DNA of 63,866 bases, the filler included, from Reticulomyxa filosa (taxonomy: Eukaryota > Protista > Foraminifera), in the NCBI GenBank assembly GCA_000512085.1. It is 16 parts of 16 records of this genome, joined end to end, with 100 filler letters (N's around TTAATTAATTAA, not from the genome) between each part and the next. Parts side by side here need not be neighbours in the genome. Positions count along the whole stretch, not along the records: positions 62,599 to 63,866 come from ASPP01043403.1; 15 more parts are not named here. One strand, given 5' to 3'. Under the pieces are notes generated by a model. That model was not told where the DNA came from and ran no database searches. It worked only from the letters and a program-made list of their open reading frames with translations. Below, one piece after another: positions 62,638 to 63,866 of the stretch; position 1 is the first letter of the stretch; each line of letters opens with the position of its first letter. The position numbers and the translations under genes were made by a program.

Positions 62638-63144
62638 TTATGTCTTTGAAATTTGAAAACGATCAAAATTTGGAAATGCAACATGGGTGAAAGACTGCTT
62701 GATAGCATCATCCTTTTCGATGAAAGTTCTAATCCTTTCACGGAATTTCACCAATTCCACAGGCTCAGAAAAATGATAGTCCTTTTGTTTTGCTTTTGAA
62801 ACAAAAGTTGTTGAGATTGGTACAATCTCGTTAGCAGTACATTCCTGAGATAAATATTTCAGACATTCTTCAATAGCGAAATCAGAAGGTATCCACAGTG
62901 TGTCTCTATTTTCTATGTCACAGCAGTAGCCAACAATGTCAGCGACAATAATTATTCGATAGAACTGAATTGAAGGTATTGTTTTTTTGATCAGAGATGA
63001 ATGCTCAGACAACCTTTCCAACGCACTCTTGAAAGACAATGTATAATCTGCTACGTTTACTTCTTTGCATCCTAATGAAGCAGTGCATTGATGAGCTAAT
63101 ACATCTACATCTGCTTTGAGCTTTTTGTCAGTTATTTCCCAGCT
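62638..63144 (-). CDS. Hypothetical protein fragment
   Basis: About 170-aa open frame with globular composition; family not recognised. Confidence 0.4.
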   Translation of the reverse strand, partial: SWEITDKKLKADVDVLAHQCTASLGCKEVNVADYTLSFKSALERLSEHSSLIKKTIPSIQFYRIIIVADIVGYCCDIENRDTLWIPSDFAIEECLKYLSQECTANEIVPISTTFVSKAKQKDYHFSEPVELVKFRERIRTFIEKDDAIKQSFTHVAFPNFDRFQISKT

Positions 63145-63250
63145 GAACAATTATGGCCCAAGCGTTAAGCACTAAAAAATTGCACATAAAAATTCGATAA
63201 AAAAAGCAAGCAAAACAAAAACAAAAAACTCGGACAGAACAACAAAAAAG

Positions 63251-63478
63251 TTGAAGATTATGGTGATTGGTGGCCATGAAACAATTGGAAAGTACATTGT
63301 GAAGGCATTGAAAGAGAGCGACAAAATAGGGATTGGAGGTCGTCCTAAAAAAGACAAAAAATCTGAGGAACGATACGTTGACGTGGACATTGGCAACACC
63401 AAATCAGTGGAGAGCTTTTTTAGTCACGTAAAGGAAATTGACTACTTAAAAAAAGTAAAAATAAAAAGTAAAAAGTGA
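63251..63478 (+). pseudogene. Short-chain dehydrogenase N-terminal fragment
   Basis: KIMVIGGHETIGKYIVKAL...GR...VDIGNTKSVESFFSHVKEID is a Rossmann-fold start with a degenerate GxxGxIG. No YxxxK-containing continuation found. Confidence 0.5.
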
Positions 63479-63866
63479 CGGCCCATTTGGCTCAGTGTGG
63501 GCGCACTTTTGAAGTACTGAGCTCTGGTCATGTACAAGAAAAATAGACCTTTTTTTTAATTTTGCACGCCAAAAGTGGTATAATTTTTTGATTGCACCTT
63601 AATCTTTTCAAAATAAGTATATTTCCATTGTTGCTTTTGAAATATTCTTTTACATTTTTCCAAAACATTTCTCACAGTGTCATGAATCGTATGAAAAGGC
63701 TATGAGCTAAAAAATTATTAATCTAGTGTATTTCTTTTTTTGTGACAAATGAATTATTTCACATTAGAAAAAAAAGGACAACATAAGCATTTCTCAAGAC
63801 TTTAAAATAAAAGGGACAAACCTTTTTCTTTTTTTTTTTTGAGAAAAGGAAAAGCTATAATAACTT

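Overview
This window is not a continuous locus. It is 16 short contigs joined by 15 artificial 100-bp linkers (44 N + TTAATTAATTAA + 44 N). Fifteen contigs look like an AT-rich, intron-containing protist. The expanded WD40, Kelch and TPR families, abundant pseudogenes and homopolymer frameshifts suggest a foraminiferan such as Reticulomyxa filosa (my inference, no database check). One contig (36760-38103) is GC-rich, intronless bacterial DNA. Recognisable genes: a giant SPRY/RanBP2-zinc-finger protein, ArfGAP, a C2H2 zinc-finger factor, a NACHT-type pentapeptide+16xWD40 protein, ABCF, a calcineurin-A-like pseudophosphatase, mitochondrial Hsp70, G-alpha, a pentameric ligand-gated channel-like protein, IDO, Kelch proteins, exportin-5, a decayed LINE, a divergent Ras, an RNF213-like AAA+ protein and a PqaA/AprA protein. 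The most striking unannotated signal is a ~33-aa motif (E-I-x-x-I-x-x-Y/N-W-x-R-x-L/I-x-I-x-L/I-G-W-I-x-D/N-F-D/N-x-I/L-I/V-x-x-Y). It occurs four times on three contigs, always on its own exon entered through a phase-0 intron. It sits at the N-terminus of WD40 proteins and the C-terminus of Kelch-like proteins, making it a candidate exon-shuffled adaptor 'box' for an expanded substrate-receptor (ubiquitin ligase/immune-like) system.
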